Source: Candidatus Hermodarchaeota archaeon (lineage in GTDB: Archaea > Asgardarchaeota > Hermodarchaeia > Hermodarchaeales > Hermodarchaeaceae). Taken from it: a stretch of DNA of 30,145 nt. The stretch lies in NCBI GenBank assembly GCA_016839365.1, contig JAEOUH010000066.1, forward strand, positions 1-30,145, written 5' to 3'. The notes under the pieces were generated by a model that saw nothing but the letters and a program-made list of their open reading frames with translations, did no database searches and was not told the origin of the DNA. The translations under genes and the position numbers were made by a program. Positions 25,989 to 30,145 of this stretch are shown here, in pieces. Each line of letters starts with the position of its first letter. Position 1 is the first letter of the stretch.

Positions 25989-26792
25989 ATGATTGATCGT
26001 CGGGTGGCAGATTTTTTCCAATATTGGCGTCAGCAATATCAATGGCCATTGAGACGATCGAGAGTTAATACAGAAAGGAAGATTCAAGAGTTCAAAGAAA
26101 ACGCCCGCTTAGCAGTAGCATCAGGAAAGGAGGAGAGATTGGCAAGCACATTGATTCAGGTTCACCGTTGGAAGACACGCAATCAAGCTGGGATTACCGA
26201 TGATTATGCCCGCCAGTTGAACAAGACACCGAAGCGTCTCAGAGAACTCCAAAAAGTACTACCCCTCACACTCGAATCACCAAATGAGATACTAAAAAAA
26301 GCCCTTGACTTATTGCGATTCCCCGATTGCAATCTACCCGTCTGTACAGCACAATTAAGCTTTCTGTCAGGTCGGGTATTCCCAATCCTTGACCGGTTCT
26401 TAGCTCAATTCTTTAGTCGAAAAGTTCATCCTATGATTCTCAAATGGGCGGATTTTGACATTCTAAACGTTTTCGAAACTCTTGGTTTAATCGACTTTGC
26501 ACTCGAAGATGACGGACGTGGAAAAGGAGTTCCCCGAATGGCAGTGTATACTGAAAAATTCTATCGCTATAATCGGAACCTGTTTGTAGACGAACTTATC
26601 CCACGGCTCCAAAATTTAGCAAAACAGCTGGGTGAAGCAGATATAACATATGAAGGCATCGATCGGAACTTACATTATTTCACCAGTGTTGACCTGCAAA
26701 TGGCGATTTTTATCTTTGGTAAAAAGAATCCGCGACTATTCAGGCAATTCTATAAAGTTCCTCCAATCCCAAGTATGCCAACACATCTTTAA
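25989..26792 (+). CDS. Hypothetical protein with HhH-GPD glycosylase-like motifs
   Basis: RWKT, L..L..P....PV.TA.L.......FPILDR and C-terminal T..DLQMAIF. Confidence 0.5.
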   Translation: MIDRRVADFFQYWRQQYQWPLRRSRVNTERKIQEFKENARLAVASGKEERLASTLIQVHRWKTRNQAGITDDYARQLNKTPKRLRELQKVLPLTLESPNEILKKALDLLRFPDCNLPVCTAQLSFLSGRVFPILDRFLAQFFSRKVHPMILKWADFDILNVFETLGLIDFALEDDGRGKGVPRMAVYTEKFYRYNRNLFVDELIPRLQNLAKQLGEADITYEGIDRNLHYFTSVDLQMAIFIFGKKNPRLFRQFYKVPPIPSMPTHL

Positions 26793-26852
26793 CAAATGGA
26801 CACACTCAAATGGCTGAAAAATTCCGTATTTTTTGGTGGTGGAATCAAAAGG

Positions 26853-27440
26853 ATGGAACGAATTGAAAGATATCGGCAATTTGCGAAATTCTCGCAATCA
26901 GGAGCCATAAATCGACGATATTTTGCCACCAATGCTTTTGATGGCACCTTAACAATTGTGGGTTTAATACTAGGGAGCTATTTTGCAGTCATACTCAATC
27001 CAATTACTGTTTTGAGAGCAGGAATCGGTGCTTGCATAGCAATGATGTTTTCAGGGTTTGCAGGAACCTTTTTTGCAGAGCGACTTCTTCAACGCGAACA
27101 GATACAGGAACTAGAAAAAGCCATGCTTCGTAAACTCGATAAATCGCTTCCCAGCAAAGCCTCCAACTTTGTGATTATCTCTTCCGCATTCGTAGATGGA
27201 ATTGCCCCTCTTCTTACGGGGTTATTATGTCTTATTCCAATAATTGCTGCAGCCATGGGATTAATAACATGGAATCTAGCGGTGTTTGTATCTTGTATTA
27301 TTGGATTAGCTATTCTTTTCACTTTAGGATTCTATATCGGAAAAGTTGCGCGAATGAATCCACTTGTTCAGGGGGCTCAAACATTTTTCATCGGAATTGG
27401 AACAGTAATTGCTATTATTCTAATACAACTCGCAATATAG
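26853..27440 (+). CDS. VIT1/CCC1 family membrane transporter (second copy)
   Basis: RRYFATNAFDG.LT, G.FFAE, ELEKAML..L and VDG.AP. Start at 26853 or 26796. Confidence 0.85.
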   Translation: MERIERYRQFAKFSQSGAINRRYFATNAFDGTLTIVGLILGSYFAVILNPITVLRAGIGACIAMMFSGFAGTFFAERLLQREQIQELEKAMLRKLDKSLPSKASNFVIISSAFVDGIAPLLTGLLCLIPIIAAAMGLITWNLAVFVSCIIGLAILFTLGFYIGKVARMNPLVQGAQTFFIGIGTVIAIILIQLAI

Positions 27441-27467
27441 CTTAAATGACAAATAAAGAGGAATAAC

Positions 27468-28007
27468 GTGTTCACAAAATCATGTTCGATTAAAAAAGGA
27501 GGTTTAAGATTGAAAATCGGTGAAATCTTAGAAAAAAGTAAAAACCGCCTGTCAAGCTATGGAATTAATTATCGACACCCTTTTGACGCCTACTACGATT
27601 TATTTCTGTCAAATGATGATATAAAACCGGTTCAGATCAAATCTGTGTTGGTTCTAACAGATAATCGTCCTCGATCATTAGTAGCTATCGCCTATGCCTT
27701 ACGATTAACAAAAGCCCTCGATGCCAACCTTTTAGCGATAACAAGAGGTGTACATCAAGAACTAATTAAAGGCGAAGCTGAATTCTACGGCATCAATTTA
27801 TCTCTTCTACATATTTTGAAACAACAACCTTCATTGGACTTCATTCTAAGAACAATCCAACAGCATGACGTCGGAATGGTCATATTTCACAATCTGTATG
27901 CACTTTCTGGCGAACTCCAAGAAAATTCACCCGTTCCAGTGTTAGTTGTGAAAATCGACCAATTCTTCAGGGTAACAAGGGACAAATCAGCAGAACACAT
28001 ATCATAA
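27468..28007 (+). CDS. Universal stress protein (USP)-like
   Basis: IKSVLVLTD....S..A..YA..L......L and C-terminal SPVPVLVV. The G-x-x-G ATP motif is absent and the start is uncertain. Confidence 0.75.
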   Translation: MFTKSCSIKKGGLRLKIGEILEKSKNRLSSYGINYRHPFDAYYDLFLSNDDIKPVQIKSVLVLTDNRPRSLVAIAYALRLTKALDANLLAITRGVHQELIKGEAEFYGINLSLLHILKQQPSLDFILRTIQQHDVGMVIFHNLYALSGELQENSPVPVLVVKIDQFFRVTRDKSAEHIS

Positions 28008-28014
28008 AAAGGGC

Positions 28015-29478
28015 TTGGTGACTTGCTTGGCGACAAGGGCAGGCAGCTTAACGAAGGCCCAGTTAAGAAGACTTTATGCACCATTTCAACGATTCTTCCG
28101 GTTAGAAGCTTCAAGCAGTATCCTACTTATCCTTTGCATAATTATAGCGCTTATTTGGGCAAATTCGATATGGAGTGCTAGCTATTTCATTTTGTGGGAG
28201 ACGAATCTAACCATAGCTATTGGACCTTATGTTATTTCTGAACCCCTACGGTGGTGGATTAACGAGGGACTAATGGCCTTATTCTTCTTCGTTGTTGGAC
28301 TTGAAATTAAACGTGCAGTAGTCGTTGGAGAACTTTCTCGAATAGAAGATGCGTTATTTCCCATTATTGCGGCGATTGGTGGAATGCTTCTCCCAGCGAT
28401 TATTTATTTCGCGGTCAACTTTGGAACAGCAGGTATTATCGGATGGCCTGTTCCAATGGCGACTGATATTGCATTGGCAATAGGCGTTCTTGCTTTATTA
28501 GGTAGCAGAGCACCAATATCACTGAAATTATTTCTAAGCACCTTAGCAATCGCCGACGATATTGGTTCCGTAATAGTCATTGGCTTGTTTTTCTCGGCGA
28601 TCGCGCCACTTATCCCATTAATCGTAGGTGTGATACTCATTGTTGTGCTATTCATTTTGAACCGCACAGGAATTCACTACATTCTAGTCTTTGCCATTTT
28701 AGGAGTAGGAGTGTGGTTGGCATTTCTGCTTTCAGGCGTACACGCAACCCTAGCGGGTGTAGTGGTAGCAATGGCAATTCCCGCAATGGCCCGAGTGAAT
28801 ACTGAAGACTTTTGCACTAAGGGCCATATCCTTTTGAAAGATTTCGAAGAATCAAGAAAACCTGGTGAAAGTGTTTTAACAAACAAGACCCAGCGAACAG
28901 CTGTATTAGGTATGCAAGCGATTTGCCGAGATGTTCAAGCACCACTTCAGCGGATGGAATACTTCTTGCAGCCATGGGTTGGTTTTGTAATCATTCCACT
29001 CTTTGCTTTGGCGAATTCAGGTGTTTTACTTGCCTTCGACTTCAGTCTTCCAGCAGCAGGACCGGTCGCCCTTGGAATCATCTTCGGTTTAGTCTTGGGG
29101 AAACAAATCGGAATCATACTGTTTTCATGGTTGAGTGTTCGGTTTCGAATTGCAAAAAAGCCCAAAGATATATCTTGGCGGCAGATACATGGAGTCAGTT
29201 GTCTTGCGGGAATGGGATTTACAATGTCACTATTTATGGCAGACTTGACCTTCAGTGGAATGCCATTACTCGATGTCGCTAAGATTGCCATTCTTTGTGC
29301 CTCATTAATTTCGGGGCTTTTAGGTTTCTTCCTTTTAGGAGGAGCTAGAATACTTACAAAATTACAAAAAGAAATTTTGAAAGGCATACAGGGGAAGATG
29401 AAATCTACTGGAGAATCTAAGCAACCTATCACTGATATTCAGGTTCCTCTTGAAGAAAACGAAAACAAGGATAACTGA
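28015..29478 (+). CDS. nhaA: Na+/H+ antiporter NhaA
   Basis: WIN.GLMALFFF.VGLEIKR, PMATDIA, LAIADD, SGVHAT.AG, PLFALAN.G, GK..GI and G.GFTMSLF. Confidence 0.96.
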   Translation: MVTCLATRAGSLTKAQLRRLYAPFQRFFRLEASSSILLILCIIIALIWANSIWSASYFILWETNLTIAIGPYVISEPLRWWINEGLMALFFFVVGLEIKRAVVVGELSRIEDALFPIIAAIGGMLLPAIIYFAVNFGTAGIIGWPVPMATDIALAIGVLALLGSRAPISLKLFLSTLAIADDIGSVIVIGLFFSAIAPLIPLIVGVILIVVLFILNRTGIHYILVFAILGVGVWLAFLLSGVHATLAGVVVAMAIPAMARVNTEDFCTKGHILLKDFEESRKPGESVLTNKTQRTAVLGMQAICRDVQAPLQRMEYFLQPWVGFVIIPLFALANSGVLLAFDFSLPAAGPVALGIIFGLVLGKQIGIILFSWLSVRFRIAKKPKDISWRQIHGVSCLAGMGFTMSLFMADLTFSGMPLLDVAKIAILCASLISGLLGFFLLGGARILTKLQKEILKGIQGKMKSTGESKQPITDIQVPLEENENKDN

Positions 29479-29507
29479 AAACCATACAGTCAATTCGTTT
29501 GTAGAGA

Positions 29508-29852
29508 TTAGAAAATGCTGCGATTTTCGACCTTCTTCCGCCAAAAACCGCCCCAGCCCAATAAAATCAGAGATACAACTAATGCACCCATACCGATGAA
29601 AACTCCAAGAAAAACTGAGATGTCCTCAAGTGAAAACCCTAGTGCGAGAGTCATCAGTCCCGCATAGACAAGACCGATCACTCCAACGACCACGCCAACA
29701 ACGGATGTAATGATAAAGCGGGTTGCATACCAATAGATTCTTTCATAAACATGGTTTGTAACTTGTTCCCATGTTGGGGTAGGTTTTTTCACTTTTTGCC
29801 TAGGTTTTGTTTCCTTTTTGTGTTCAGTCACTGGAATTCCACCCCTTTTCAT
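29508..29852 (-). CDS. Small 2-TM membrane protein (paralog of 29849-30133)
   Basis: Basic N-terminus, two hydrophobic segments and WG.FW + basic tail. Confidence 0.65.
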   Translation of the reverse strand: MKRGGIPVTEHKKETKPRQKVKKPTPTWEQVTNHVYERIYWYATRFIITSVVGVVVGVIGLVYAGLMTLALGFSLEDISVFLGVFIGMGALVVSLILLGWGGFWRKKVENRSIF

Positions 29853-30133
29853 TGTGCAGGTTTGAATTTATTCTTCATTCGTTTCCCTTCACTTCGCATC
29901 CAATACAGGCCCCAGAATGTGAGAAAAACGCCAATGGTGATGAATGCAACCCCAATAAATAGACCTGCAAGTATAGAAAACTGAATTGCAAAATAACCGT
30001 ATACTACAAAGGCCAAAACCGAATATACTAGACTCACTGCACCAATTGCAACCGCAACCACACTAATAATGATGTATTTTGCTGCAAGTGAAATGATTTC
30101 GGCACTAGCCTCCAGAGCCATTTCTTCGGTCAT
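29849..30133 (-). CDS. Small 2-TM membrane protein (may extend beyond the window)
   Basis: Two hydrophobic segments and WG.YW + basic tail; overlaps or abuts its paralog. Confidence 0.65.
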   Translation of the reverse strand: MTEEMALEASAEIISLAAKYIIISVVAVAIGAVSLVYSVLAFVVYGYFAIQFSILAGLFIGVAFITIGVFLTFWGLYWMRSEGKRMKNKFKPAQ

Positions 30134-30145
30134 TATTTGAAATCA

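Overview
Gene-dense archaeal chromosomal segment, most likely from an Asgard archaeon. This is inferred from GatD/GatE, an archaeal-type GlyRS and TIM, plus an eL22-like ribosomal protein, a roadblock protein, an MglA-like small GTPase and a TRAP-beta-like Ig domain. I found no CRISPR array, transposase, integrase or rRNA. The main candidate for an undescribed system is a glutamate/redox regulatory locus at about 1.9-10.5 kb. It contains an orphan NfnA/SudB, a KaiC-like protein with degenerate Walker motifs, a glutamate dehydrogenase with a duplicated N-terminal domain, a ribbon-helix-helix regulator with several V4R-like domains, and an acyl-CoA ligase/GNAT fusion. A TGTACA(CCG) motif recurs in several promoter regions of this locus. 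A second candidate is a GTPase-thioredoxin-roadblock cluster (20.2-21.6 kb), whose GTPase has a CxxC in switch I and a natural Gln-to-Leu change in G3. Other oddities are a tRNA-Arg(UCU) with C33, an MscL whose cytoplasmic helix appears to be at the N-terminus, a Pro/Glu-repeat protein ending in FFF, and an orphan HhH-like protein after an AT-rich gap. All family calls come from motif recognition by eye; no searches were run.
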